64,000 nucleotides of DNA from an uncultured Gammaproteobacteria bacterium (GTDB lineage: Bacteria; Patescibacteriota; Patescibacteriia; Magasanikbacterales; UBA922), in NCBI GenBank assembly GCA_964566225.1, contig CAZMHV010000004.1, positions 248 to 64,247 on the forward strand, given 5' to 3'. Of this stretch, positions 1-9,362 are shown one piece after another. The notes below the pieces were generated by a model. The model worked only from the letters and a program-made list of their open reading frames with translations, had not been told where the DNA came from and searched no databases. The translations under genes were made by a program, and so were the position numbers. Position 1 is the first letter of the stretch. Each line of letters starts with the position of its first letter.

Positions 1-601
1 AAGCTTTGGGTAAAATATGCAGGGGGTACTGACCCATTTCGTGCATGGTAATCCAGAGGTCGTTTATATTATCGAATCGTTCAAAATAAAACCCACAGGT
101 GTTGAGAATCAAAAATACAGAGTACTGTATAATAATACCACAAACAAGAAGAAAAAATCCGAGCAGTGCATGTGACCAGCTGAGCGCAATGTCATACTGC
201 ACAAATAACCACACGGCAATGGGAATTTCAAAGAGAATATAATACGAAGAATCAATTTGAATGTTGCGAGAACTGAGCAAAAAGAGTGGACTTGCCGGCT
301 TTACTAAAAACAAATCAATATTGCCTTCGGTAATATCAATCGGGATTTTGAGTATTCCCGAAAAAAGCAGTGAAGAAAGTTGTACTACCAAAATCCAAAA
401 AATACTCATGAGGTACACTTCGTGTTTTTGCCAACCACCAATACTATTGGTGTGCCCAAAAAAAGTTTCAATAAACACAAACATCATACCAATCCACAAA
501 CAATTCAAAACAACTTGCATCCACATGTTGGCGCGATACTGGGCTTGGTACGAAATTGCATTTTCCAAAAATGTTTTGTAAATTTTCCAATATTTTTTCA
601 T
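1..601 (-). CDS. DUF990/ABC-2-family-like polytopic permease, paralog 1; 3' end cut by window start
   Basis: Own translation of the minus strand from ATG (rc at 599-601): MKKYWKIYKTFLENAISYQAQYRANMWMQVVLNCLWIGMMF... Hydrophobic and paralogous to the three downstream genes. Absent from the ORF track because no stop lies inside the window. Confidence 0.45.
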   Translation of the reverse strand, partial: MKKYWKIYKTFLENAISYQAQYRANMWMQVVLNCLWIGMMFVFIETFFGHTNSIGGWQKHEVYLMSIFWILVVQLSSLLFSGILKIPIDITEGNIDLFLVKPASPLFLLSSRNIQIDSSYYILFEIPIAVWLFVQYDIALSWSHALLGFFLLVCGIIIQYSVFLILNTCGFYFERFDNINDLWITMHEMGQYPLHILPKA

Positions 602-627
602 AAGCAAATACACGTATACAAAAAATT

Positions 628-1422
628 TTACATTCCACCGCCGTCATATCGACGCAGTCCGCGTTTCCACATGAGGGTAATACAGAGTCCTAACAAAAGA
701 ATCCACCCGAGTGCTTTGGTAAGATGTACCAATACTGCTGCTCCCGTTATTTTTCCTAAATATATTTGTGTAGGAATAAAGTACAGATATTGAAATGGCA
801 TCCATGCAGCAATAAGTTGCATTGAAACAGGCAACAGTGAAATTGGTGCAAACGCACCACCCAAAAGTTTTTCCAGCATGCTGCGTAAAAAAGAAATGCC
901 TTGAATTTCTTGCAAAAAGAAAGCGGAAAATCCAATAATAAGTTCAATAAACGCAAAAATAATGTGAGCACACAAAACAAACATCAAAAACAGTAAAAAA
1001 GTTTCGAGTGATGTAGGAAAACGAATAAGATCCGAGATAAAAAATGAACTAAAAAAAAGAATAAGAAAAAAAAGTGGTGCCATCATAACACGGTATCCAT
1101 TTTCTACCATATATCGGTATGGTGGATACCAAATTGGTTTTATGAGAAGGGTATTGAGACGTCCTTTTATAATATCTTCTTGGATATATCGAGAATTGTG
1201 CGCGTTGGTGCACATGCCAATAAAAATAGATACAATATAGTAGGTCACTATGTCTGCTTGGCTAAATCCACCAATATCACTTCTGCCCGCATAAATAGAG
1301 ATCCACAAAAAAGGGAAAATGAGAATGTGGGTAGTATCAACAATTATCCAGTTGATGACTCTGGCACGGTAGACCATGTGTTTTTGAAACGCAATCAAAC
1401 TACAGCGAAGATATTTACGCAT
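628..1422 (-). CDS. DUF990/ABC-2-family-like permease, paralog 2
   Basis: ORF track 628..1500. Probable start at internal Met (MRKYLRCSLIAFQ...) so that it abuts the upstream gene. C-terminal WKRGLRRYDGGGM matches WKKGLQKYTGDGI of paralog 4. Confidence 0.45.
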   Translation of the reverse strand: MRKYLRCSLIAFQKHMVYRARVINWIIVDTTHILIFPFLWISIYAGRSDIGGFSQADIVTYYIVSIFIGMCTNAHNSRYIQEDIIKGRLNTLLIKPIWYPPYRYMVENGYRVMMAPLFFLILFFSSFFISDLIRFPTSLETFLLFLMFVLCAHIIFAFIELIIGFSAFFLQEIQGISFLRSMLEKLLGGAFAPISLLPVSMQLIAAWMPFQYLYFIPTQIYLGKITGAAVLVHLTKALGWILLLGLCITLMWKRGLRRYDGGGM

Positions 1423-1423
1423 A

Positions 1424-2203
1424 TTAACTACTCGCACTCGAATAAAATTTGAGACTGTGTTTCCATAGCATAAGTGAAAAGCCAAAAAACAGCAAGGCAA
1501 GAACTATGGAAACAAAAAATGACCAGAGTGGCAGGGTGCCAAACAGAGCCTGTACTGGAAAGGCCACAATCACAATGACTGGTAAAAAGTAGGTAAAAAT
1601 AATTTGGAGTTTGGAAGATAAAATTTCAGGTGGAAATCGACCAAGGGCCACTACTTCGCGGTAAAGCCAAATCACATTATCACTCTCGGCAGTGCGCAAG
1701 CTGATGGCTGCCGAAAAAATGTGGATGCTGGTAGCAATAATAAGACCCAAAAAGAGAAGCAATAAATAAGAGAAAATGCGAGTAATATCGAGGTGGGGGA
1801 GAATGACAATATTTTTGACGAGCAAAAAAATAATTGGAATGAGAAAAATAAAATCCAGCAAATCTGTGAGACGACTTAAAGAATAAAAAAGCGCATTGAC
1901 TGGTTTGGTGAGCACTCCATCAAAAGCACCTCGCAAAACATCACCTTTGAAAAAATAAATGCCACGAAAAAAAGCAGAGGTGAGCACATCAACGACATTG
2001 AAGGTAAGAAAAAAAATAAGCGTCTGTGCTTTGGTATACCCAGCCAGGGTTGGGGTGTGTTCAAACAGGGATCCAATAAGTACCAAAAAAAATCCAAAGC
2101 GCAACAGCTTGCCGAGGAGGTAGGAAAGCGAATCAACCCGGTTCGATAAAAACGAGCTAAAAGCATTTTTAGTAAGTCTCATCCAAATGCGGAGGTGTTT
2201 CAT
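1424..2203 (-). CDS. DUF990/ABC-2-family-like permease, paralog 3
   Basis: 259-aa polytopic protein with the same N-terminal pattern as its neighbours. Overlaps the next gene by 4 nt. Confidence 0.45.
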   Translation of the reverse strand: MKHLRIWMRLTKNAFSSFLSNRVDSLSYLLGKLLRFGFFLVLIGSLFEHTPTLAGYTKAQTLIFFLTFNVVDVLTSAFFRGIYFFKGDVLRGAFDGVLTKPVNALFYSLSRLTDLLDFIFLIPIIFLLVKNIVILPHLDITRIFSYLLLLFLGLIIATSIHIFSAAISLRTAESDNVIWLYREVVALGRFPPEILSSKLQIIFTYFLPVIVIVAFPVQALFGTLPLWSFFVSIVLALLFFGFSLMLWKHSLKFYSSASS

Positions 2204-2994
2204 ATGCCGTCACCAGTATATTTTTGAAGTCCTTTTTTCCAGGTAAAAAAAGTAAGTATGCCAATAAGGGCAATCCACAATATTTGGAGCAACACACTGT
2301 GGAGAATGTCATTGGGTGACAGTTTGCCAAGGTATATTTGCATAGGTATAAACAATATATACAAATAGGGAAGTGCTGACAGAAGAACTCCAAAAGAATG
2401 CGTCACAATATTGATAGGAAAGTAGACCCCACTCGCAAATTCAAGAAGCCATTCAAACAAAAATCGTGGGCCCATGGCTTCTCGAGTCCAAAAGGCCAAA
2501 AAATTGAGCATGAGTGAAAGAAAAAAATAGAGTATATGGCCCAAAAACAAAGAAAGCGCAAATATACCCAAACTCCCAAATGAAGAAGGAAATAATATGG
2601 TTTCATTGAGGAGAATCAAAAAAAGAGCAACTTCCAAAAGAGAGGTGATGAATAAGGTTACCCGTTCCCCAAGTTCTCGAAAGTAAAAGAGTTTCCACAC
2701 AGAGATTGGTTTGAGTAAGTAAGATGAAAATGTCCCGTCATTGATATCCTGGGCAATTTTTCGAGACTGTTCACCAAACACCACGGCCTTGAGCACATTC
2801 ATGCCAAACACATAGGTGATGAGTTCTTGTCTTGAATACCCAGCAAATGCGGTACTCCCTTTGGTCAGGTACGTCCACACATAAAAGAGTACGAGCATCA
2901 CAATCACATTTCGAACTCTGCCCATCAAAAAATCAAGCCGATACGTAAGGATTCGACTGATTGAGAGTTTAAAAATTTTTTGGTACGGGGACAT
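2200..2994 (-). CDS. DUF990/ABC-2-family-like permease, paralog 4
   Basis: 264-aa polytopic protein. Shares the conserved C-terminal motif with paralog 2. Confidence 0.45.
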   Translation of the reverse strand: MSPYQKIFKLSISRILTYRLDFLMGRVRNVIVMLVLFYVWTYLTKGSTAFAGYSRQELITYVFGMNVLKAVVFGEQSRKIAQDINDGTFSSYLLKPISVWKLFYFRELGERVTLFITSLLEVALFLILLNETILFPSSFGSLGIFALSLFLGHILYFFLSLMLNFLAFWTREAMGPRFLFEWLLEFASGVYFPINIVTHSFGVLLSALPYLYILFIPMQIYLGKLSPNDILHSVLLQILWIALIGILTFFTWKKGLQKYTGDGI

Positions 2995-3126
2995 GGTGTC
3001 TATTGTAACAAAAATTTGTTGTTCTCACCATTTTCAATACAATTATCCACTTGTATTCGTCATTGTATCAAAATTGTGCTATAATAAAACCAGTTCAAAA
3101 AGAAATAACATTTCTTCTTTTTCACT

Positions 3127-4125
3127 TTGTATATTATGAGAGAACCTACATACCGTGATAGTTTGATTCATGGATGGTATCTTATGCTTGACCATAAGAT
3201 ACTTTGGATTTTTGGTTTGTTTGCAGCACTCCTTGGTCAAATGGGAGTATTGGAAATTTTTACAAAAGTGATTGTAACGGCAAAATACTATACGTATTAT
3301 CCACTCATCATGAGTGCTCCAGAAATAACCAAGGGTATAGTGAGTTCTTTGCAAGAGTGGAATCTTCCTTTGGATAAAGGAGTGTGGCTGATTTGGTTAT
3401 TGGTTATATTTTTGGCTTTTGCTTTTGTCTTTTTGTTTGTAGCTGTGGTATCTCAGGGGGCACTTATTCACTGCGTGCATCAATTTGTTCGAGGTAAATC
3501 AAAATTAGCCTCACACGAAGCGTGGCATGCAGGGGTAGGTCATTTTGGCCGGCTTCTGTTTTTGCAAGTTATCAAAAAAATAGTACTGAGTATACTTCTT
3601 TTCTTTACAGGGTATGCAACGTACCATTTTATTCTTACTCCAAGTCCTTTTTTTACGACATTGTTTGCTTTTTCTATTTTGGTGGCTCTCTTTTTTGGAA
3701 GTATTATTTCTCTGCTTACAACGTATGCAGCTGGGTATATTGTGGTTGAAGAGTATCAGGTAGAAAATGCTTTGTCTGAAGCATGGAAGCTTCTTCGTTC
3801 ACACAGTTTAGTCTCACTTGAAGTTGCCAGTATTATTTTACTCATGAATGTGGTGGTAACATTGGTAGCTGCGTGTGCTGTGATTCTCTTCAAATTTCAA
3901 CTGGCTTTGGTTGGAATTTTTGCATTGGCCACCAATAGTTTAGCTTTATGGTCAGTTGGCAATACGTTTAGTGCCTTGATTCTCACAGGTATTTTAGTTG
4001 TATTAGGTTCATTTATTACTGTGTTTAGTACTTCTGTTTGGACCTACCTATTTATGAAGATGCATGAAACTGGGCTTCAGCCACGTATGAAACTTTTGGT
4101 TCAGCGTTTGTTTTCTCGTGCTTAA
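3127..4125 (+). CDS. polytopic membrane protein, function unknown
   Basis: 332-aa ORF with multiple hydrophobic segments, immediately upstream of the GspE/PilB ATPase. Confidence 0.45.
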   Translation: MYIMREPTYRDSLIHGWYLMLDHKILWIFGLFAALLGQMGVLEIFTKVIVTAKYYTYYPLIMSAPEITKGIVSSLQEWNLPLDKGVWLIWLLVIFLAFAFVFLFVAVVSQGALIHCVHQFVRGKSKLASHEAWHAGVGHFGRLLFLQVIKKIVLSILLFFTGYATYHFILTPSPFFTTLFAFSILVALFFGSIISLLTTYAAGYIVVEEYQVENALSEAWKLLRSHSLVSLEVASIILLMNVVVTLVAACAVILFKFQLALVGIFALATNSLALWSVGNTFSALILTGILVVLGSFITVFSTSVWTYLFMKMHETGLQPRMKLLVQRLFSRA

Positions 4126-4134
4126 AAAAGTTGC

Positions 4135-5892
4135 TTGGATTTTGTAAAAATTATGTCAGATTTTCCTTCGCTCAATCAGCTCATGGCAAAAAAATCTCCT
4201 CTTACTCAGGCGGCGACTTCAACGACCGAACAAAAATTTGAAAAAAAAATGAAGGAAGTAGGAGAAAAAGAAAAAGAAGTTGAAACCCAACGATACGCAC
4301 AAGTAGTAGGGGTTCCGTATTTGAGTTTAGAAAAATTTCCTGTGAGCATGGAAGCACTCCGTCAACTTCCCCAAGAAACAGCCGAGGAACTTGGAGTGGT
4401 TTGTTTTTTTTATGAAAATGATCAGTTTCGTTTGGGAGCAGTTGACCCTACACAAAATGAAATTCAAGAGTTGCTTAAGACCATGGAAGAAAAAAATGGG
4501 GGAAAGGGGGCTCTCTATGTGATTTCAAAAAAAAGTTTTGAAACAGTCATAAAGCTCTATGCCTCACTCCCTATTGTGAAAGCGGTTACCAAAGACATTG
4601 AAATCAAAAGTGAAGCACTCGAGGCAGTTCAGGCAGACGTGACTGACTTTGCTTCTTTTCAAGAAATTTTAAAAAAAGCCAATACGACTGATATTTTGGT
4701 CTACGTAATTGCTGCTGCGCTCAAGCTTCGTTCTACCGATTTACATATTGAAGCCGAAGAAAGCAAAGTTGCCGTTCGTTTTCGTTTGGACGGAATTTTG
4801 CACGATGCTGCTACACTGCCTAACGAAGCCTACAAGCAGCTTATTTCACGTATTAAACTCACTTCATCATTGAAAATCAATATCACTGACAAACCACAAG
4901 ATGGTCGCTTTACGATTAAACTCAAAGATACCAATGTTGATGTTCGTGTTTCAACTCTCCCTACGGTATATGGCGAAAGTGTGGTTATGCGTTTGCTGCC
5001 ACAAAACAGAGAAGGTGTGAAACTTGAATCACTCGGACTTCGTGGTCGTGTATTTGAAGAGCTCAACCGTCAAATTCAGCGTCCAAGTGGCATGATTATT
5101 ACTACTGGTCCAACAGGAAGTGGTAAAACCACTACTTTGTACGCGGTAATGCATATTCTCAATGAACCAGGAGTAAAAATTTTGACACTGGAAGACCCAG
5201 TAGAATATAAAATGGAAGGAATCAACCAAAGTCAGATTGATCTTTCTAAGGGATATACCTTTGCCAAGGGGCTGCGTTCGATGCTTCGTCAAGATCCAGA
5301 TATTGCCATGGTTGGTGAAATTCGTGATCTTGAAACAGCAGATATTGCTATCCAGGCCGCGCTTACTGGGCATCTTATTTTGTCTACTATCCATACCAAT
5401 AGTGCAGCAGGAGCTATTCCTCGTTTTCTTTCTATGGGAGTGAAGCCATTTTTGCTCGCGCCTGCACTCAATGCTATTATTGGTCAGCGTTTGGTACGTA
5501 AATTGTGTGAAAAATGTAAAGAAAAAGTAACCTTGAGTGAAGATGAAGTGAAGCGCGTCAATGAACAGCTGGATACATTGCCAGAGATTGAAGCACAAGA
5601 AATTGCTCAAAAATATGCATATCAAAAGTCTGGTGCTGCTGGGCTTGTATTTTATGATGCCAAAGGGTGTAAAGAATGTAATGGTCTTGGATATAAAGGA
5701 CGTGTTGGTATTTATGAAATTATGGTTATGAGTAAAGAAGTCGAACAGTTGGTGCTTTCAGGTCATGTCTCTGAATATGAAATTGAAGAGTTGTCTGTGA
5801 AAAAAGGAATGGTCAAGATGGTGCAGGATGGACTTATTAAGGCACTCGAGGGACAAACATCGGTTGCCGAAGTATTTCGTATTATTGAATAA
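4135..5892 (+). CDS. type II/IV secretion system ATPase (GspE/PilB/PilF family), probable pilus-assembly ATPase
   Basis: Walker A GPTGSGKTTTLYA, Asp box and His box regions, C-terminal tetracysteine motif (CEKCKEK...CKECNGLGYKGR), GspE-N-like N-terminus. Confidence 0.85.
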   Translation: MDFVKIMSDFPSLNQLMAKKSPLTQAATSTTEQKFEKKMKEVGEKEKEVETQRYAQVVGVPYLSLEKFPVSMEALRQLPQETAEELGVVCFFYENDQFRLGAVDPTQNEIQELLKTMEEKNGGKGALYVISKKSFETVIKLYASLPIVKAVTKDIEIKSEALEAVQADVTDFASFQEILKKANTTDILVYVIAAALKLRSTDLHIEAEESKVAVRFRLDGILHDAATLPNEAYKQLISRIKLTSSLKINITDKPQDGRFTIKLKDTNVDVRVSTLPTVYGESVVMRLLPQNREGVKLESLGLRGRVFEELNRQIQRPSGMIITTGPTGSGKTTTLYAVMHILNEPGVKILTLEDPVEYKMEGINQSQIDLSKGYTFAKGLRSMLRQDPDIAMVGEIRDLETADIAIQAALTGHLILSTIHTNSAAGAIPRFLSMGVKPFLLAPALNAIIGQRLVRKLCEKCKEKVTLSEDEVKRVNEQLDTLPEIEAQEIAQKYAYQKSGAAGLVFYDAKGCKECNGLGYKGRVGIYEIMVMSKEVEQLVLSGHVSEYEIEELSVKKGMVKMVQDGLIKALEGQTSVAEVFRIIE

Positions 5893-5925
5893 ATATTTTT
5901 TTTACATTTTAAAGCCCTGTCATAT

Positions 5926-7068
5926 ATGGTTTCACGCCGTAAACAAACCAGCCTCCCCGAGGAGCAGCCGGTTCGATTTTATAAAATTATTGCGCTTACT
6001 TTTTTGTTTTTGACGGTAGTTTTGTTTGGTGCGGTTATTTTTATGTCTTCAAAACGCGCCGTGATTACCATTGAAACCAAAGCCTCTCCTGACAATATCA
6101 ACAACGATATTGTGGTGGGTGAAAAAGTGGACAATCCACAAATAGTAGCCATGGTTACTACTACGATAGTAAATGCAGTAGAAATTTTTAGCCCTACGGG
6201 CAGTAAAGAAGAACCAGGTATCTCAACAGGAGTTGTAACCTTGCACAACGAAACTGCCAGTGCACAGCCACTTGTTGCAACAACACGGTTACTTTCACCA
6301 GATGGAGTACTTTTTCGATTGAAAAAAGGAACCAATGTCCCTGCAAATGGTACGGTTATTGCAGAAGTGTATGCAGATAAATCAGGAGAAGAAAGTGATA
6401 TTGGACCAACTCAGTTTACAATTCCAGGATTGCCTACGGATAAGCAAAAGGTAGTCTATGCAAAAAGTGAATCACCTATGACTGGCGGACTCAAAAAAAC
6501 AGGTATTTTATCACAAGTAGATTTGGATGATGCAGAAAAACGTTTGAGTAGTACATTTGACGCAAAAATAAAGAGTGATTTACAAACTTTGTATGGAGAC
6601 AAACAAACCACTTACTTGGTTTCACCTATGGAAAAGAAATCAAATGCTAAAGTTGGGGACGTTGTGACTGAGGTGACTTTGGAAGCAAAAGCGAAAGTGA
6701 GTGTGGTTATTTATGACAAAACAGAGATGAAAAATTGGGTAGAAAAAACTATTCAAAATCGTGCGGTAGGAGATACTCAAATCTTTCGCTCGAGTAACGA
6801 AGAACCACAAGTTTCTCTGAAAGACTATAACGAAGAAAAAAATCAAGCAACACTGCATGTGTTTTCAGCAGGACTTGCTACCATTAACCCTGCGAGTAAA
6901 GAACTCGAAAAATCACTTTTCTTTGGAAAAACAAAAGATGAAGTAAAACGCTATGTAACTTCGCTCGAACATGTGACTGCTGTAGATGTAAATTTTCGTC
7001 CATTTTGGATGCAGACCGTGCCACATATACATGATCATGTACAGATCATTGTAAAAGAAGTGCCATAA
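5926..7068 (+). CDS. N-terminally membrane-anchored hypothetical protein
   Basis: 380-aa ORF. Single hydrophobic segment after a basic N-terminus; remainder hydrophilic. Confidence 0.45.
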   Translation: MVSRRKQTSLPEEQPVRFYKIIALTFLFLTVVLFGAVIFMSSKRAVITIETKASPDNINNDIVVGEKVDNPQIVAMVTTTIVNAVEIFSPTGSKEEPGISTGVVTLHNETASAQPLVATTRLLSPDGVLFRLKKGTNVPANGTVIAEVYADKSGEESDIGPTQFTIPGLPTDKQKVVYAKSESPMTGGLKKTGILSQVDLDDAEKRLSSTFDAKIKSDLQTLYGDKQTTYLVSPMEKKSNAKVGDVVTEVTLEAKAKVSVVIYDKTEMKNWVEKTIQNRAVGDTQIFRSSNEEPQVSLKDYNEEKNQATLHVFSAGLATINPASKELEKSLFFGKTKDEVKRYVTSLEHVTAVDVNFRPFWMQTVPHIHDHVQIIVKEVP

Positions 7069-7246
7069 AAATGCGAGTATTTGACACCAATGGCATTCTC
7101 AGGTAGTGTATATATATTCTGTGGCACAGCACCAGCCCAGTGGAACCTCCTCGGTAGGAAGTAAGAGCCATGACTGAAAGCTCTTTCGGGAAAGTCCATA
7201 TGGTACCAGGCTTTGAGATTTGACAATAGAAAAAAGTAAAACGTTC

Positions 7247-7330
7247 GGGTGGAACCGTCTTAATATTTTAGGACCCCGGCAAGTGGATTTCTGCAATATG
7301 TTGTGGAGGTTCACTTGTCGGGGTTTTTTG
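7247..7330 (+). promoter_or_regulatory. T-box-like motif (GGGTGGAACCG) followed by an intrinsic terminator, in the thrS leader
   Basis: 7247-7257 matches the T-box core GGGUGGNACCG. A 12-bp stem (7274-7285 / 7312-7323, one G-U pair) plus T6 follows. thrS is a classical T-box-regulated gene in low-GC bacteria. Confidence 0.3.
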
Positions 7331-7340
7331 TTTCTTCATC

Positions 7341-7512
7341 GTGAACTGATGTGAATGAAATTTTGTCTAAATGAAAAATGGGGGTCTCACCATTACTCAA
7401 AAGTTGAAACTCGGTCGCCTGAGACGACCTCAAACATCAACTTTTGCCCTTCGGGACGTAATGGTTCGCTCCACATTTTTCATGCGACAAAATTTCATTC
7501 ACATCAGTTCAC
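7341..7512 (+). repeat. 27-bp perfect inverted repeat (7341-7367 / 7486-7512) flanking a 118-bp structured core, directly upstream of thrS
   Basis: GTGAACTGATGTGAATGAAATTTTGTC and its exact reverse complement. The core contains a GTCTCA/TGAGAC stem and a CCC-TTC-GGG hairpin. Confidence 0.6.
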
Positions 7513-7553
7513 TCATCAACTTTTAAATTTGTATTTTCTAACTGTATATTTGT

Positions 7554-9302
7554 ATGGAAAAAGAACAACTCGAACACTTGCGTCACTCGTGTGCACACTT
7601 GCTTGCCGCAGCAATTCAGGAACTGTATCCAGAAGCCAAACGAACCATTGGTCCGGCTATTGATACTGGATTTTATTATGATTTTGATTTTGGCAATGTC
7701 AAAATTTCAGATACAGACTTGCCAAAAATTGAAGAAAAAATGCATGAGCTGGTGAAAGAATGGAGTGGGTTTGAGCGCCGCGAAGTCAGTGGAGAGGAAG
7801 CCAAACAATTTTTTGCAGGCAATGAATATAAAAATGAACTCATTGAAGAATTTGCTGGCGAAGGGAAAATGCTTACGTTTTATACTTCTGGAAAATTTAC
7901 CGATTTGTGCCGTGGTGGACATAGTGAAAAACCTTCCGAAGAATTAAAACATTTTAAATTGCTTTCATTGGCCGGAGCCTATTGGAGAGGCAGTGAAAAA
8001 AATAAAATGTTGACTCGTATTTATGGAACAGCCTTTGCGTCGGCCGAGGAGCTTGAAGATCACTTGAATATGCTCGAAGAAGCCAAAAAACGTGATCACC
8101 GCAAAATTGGGCAAGATCAAAAGTTATTTTTTGTAGATGAAACCGTTGGAAAGGGTTTGATTTTGTGGCAGCCAAATGGAACTATTATTCGTGACGAAAT
8201 TGAAACTTTGGCTCGTGAAGTAGAAAAAAATGGTGGATACAAACGCGTAGTCACTCCACACATGGCCAAAGAAGAGTTGTATCTGACCTCTGGTCACTTG
8301 CCATACTACAAAGACGGCATGTATCCAGCCATGGTGATGGATGATGGCACTTACTACCTCAAAGCCATGAACTGTCCACATCATCATATTATGTTCCGTC
8401 ATGAACAACGCAGTTATCGGGAACTTCCAGTTCGTTTTGCAGAATATGGAACCTGCTATCGCAATGAATTATCTGGTACGCTTGCAGGCTTGCTTCGTGT
8501 ACGTGGGCTTGCTATGAATGATGCGCATATTTATTGTCGTAAAGATCAAATTAAAAATGAATTCAAGGCTGTGATGCAAATGATTATTAATTATTTTGAA
8601 ATTTTTGGACTCCAAAATTATTGGTTTCGACTTTCTAAGTGGAGTAAAGACCATCTCGAAAAATATTTGAATGAACCAGAAAATTGGGAGTATGCTGAGG
8701 GCGTGCTACGCGAGGTATTGCAAGAAATGAATGTGAAATTTGTAGAAGCCGAAGATGAAGCAGCATTTTATGGACCAAAGGTAGATGTGCAGTTTAAGTC
8801 GGTGATTGGACGTGAAGAAACCATGTCTACGGTACAGCTCGATTTTGCAGCCAAAAAACGTTTTGGTTTGAGTTATGTAGATGAAACCGGTGCAGATAAT
8901 AACGAGGTGTTTGTGATTCACCGTGCTCCACTTTCAACACACGAACGTTTTACTGCGTTTTTGATTGAGCATTTTGCTGGGGTATGGCCATTGTGGCTCT
9001 CTCCAGTACAAGTGGCAATTTTGCCAGTTTCTACGGAGAAGCATTTTGAAGGTGCCAAAAAGATGGCAGAAGAGTTTATGGCAGCAGGTATTCGTGTAGA
9101 AGTTGATTCTGCGGACGAAACCGTGGGCAATAAGATTCGTAAATCTGCACAGGCAAAAATTCCATATGTTTTGGTAGTAGGAGACAAAGAACTTGGTGGT
9201 GAGCCACTCATGGTTCGTGTCCGTGGACAAGAAGCACAAGAAAAAATGACCAAAGAAGAGTTTGTGGCTCGAGTGACAAAAGAAAATACCCAAAGAGTTT
9301 AA
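7554..9302 (+). CDS. thrS: threonine--tRNA ligase
   Basis: 582 aa. Class II aaRS core with the zinc-site HxxxH context (CPHHHIMFRHE), motif 2/3 regions and anticodon-binding C-terminus. N-terminus EHLRHSCAHLLA is typical of ThrRS. Confidence 0.9.
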   Translation: MEKEQLEHLRHSCAHLLAAAIQELYPEAKRTIGPAIDTGFYYDFDFGNVKISDTDLPKIEEKMHELVKEWSGFERREVSGEEAKQFFAGNEYKNELIEEFAGEGKMLTFYTSGKFTDLCRGGHSEKPSEELKHFKLLSLAGAYWRGSEKNKMLTRIYGTAFASAEELEDHLNMLEEAKKRDHRKIGQDQKLFFVDETVGKGLILWQPNGTIIRDEIETLAREVEKNGGYKRVVTPHMAKEELYLTSGHLPYYKDGMYPAMVMDDGTYYLKAMNCPHHHIMFRHEQRSYRELPVRFAEYGTCYRNELSGTLAGLLRVRGLAMNDAHIYCRKDQIKNEFKAVMQMIINYFEIFGLQNYWFRLSKWSKDHLEKYLNEPENWEYAEGVLREVLQEMNVKFVEAEDEAAFYGPKVDVQFKSVIGREETMSTVQLDFAAKKRFGLSYVDETGADNNEVFVIHRAPLSTHERFTAFLIEHFAGVWPLWLSPVQVAILPVSTEKHFEGAKKMAEEFMAAGIRVEVDSADETVGNKIRKSAQAKIPYVLVVGDKELGGEPLMVRVRGQEAQEKMTKEEFVARVTKENTQRV

Positions 9303-9319
9303 ACATTTCAGTTATATTA

Positions 9320-9350
9320 AAAAATCCCAGTTTGATAACTGGGATTTTTG
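9320..9350. terminator. bidirectional intrinsic terminator
   Basis: AATCCCAGTT-TGAT-AACTGGGATT stem-loop flanked by A-run and T-run, between convergent thrS and a minus-strand gene. Confidence 0.6.
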
Positions 9351-9362
9351 GTACAAGTTTTG

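Noticed and set aside
7190-7215. GGGAAAGTCC, resembling RNase P RNA P4 (GGAAAGUCCGG)
   Set aside because: The surrounding non-coding region is far too short for RNase P RNA and the other conserved regions are absent.
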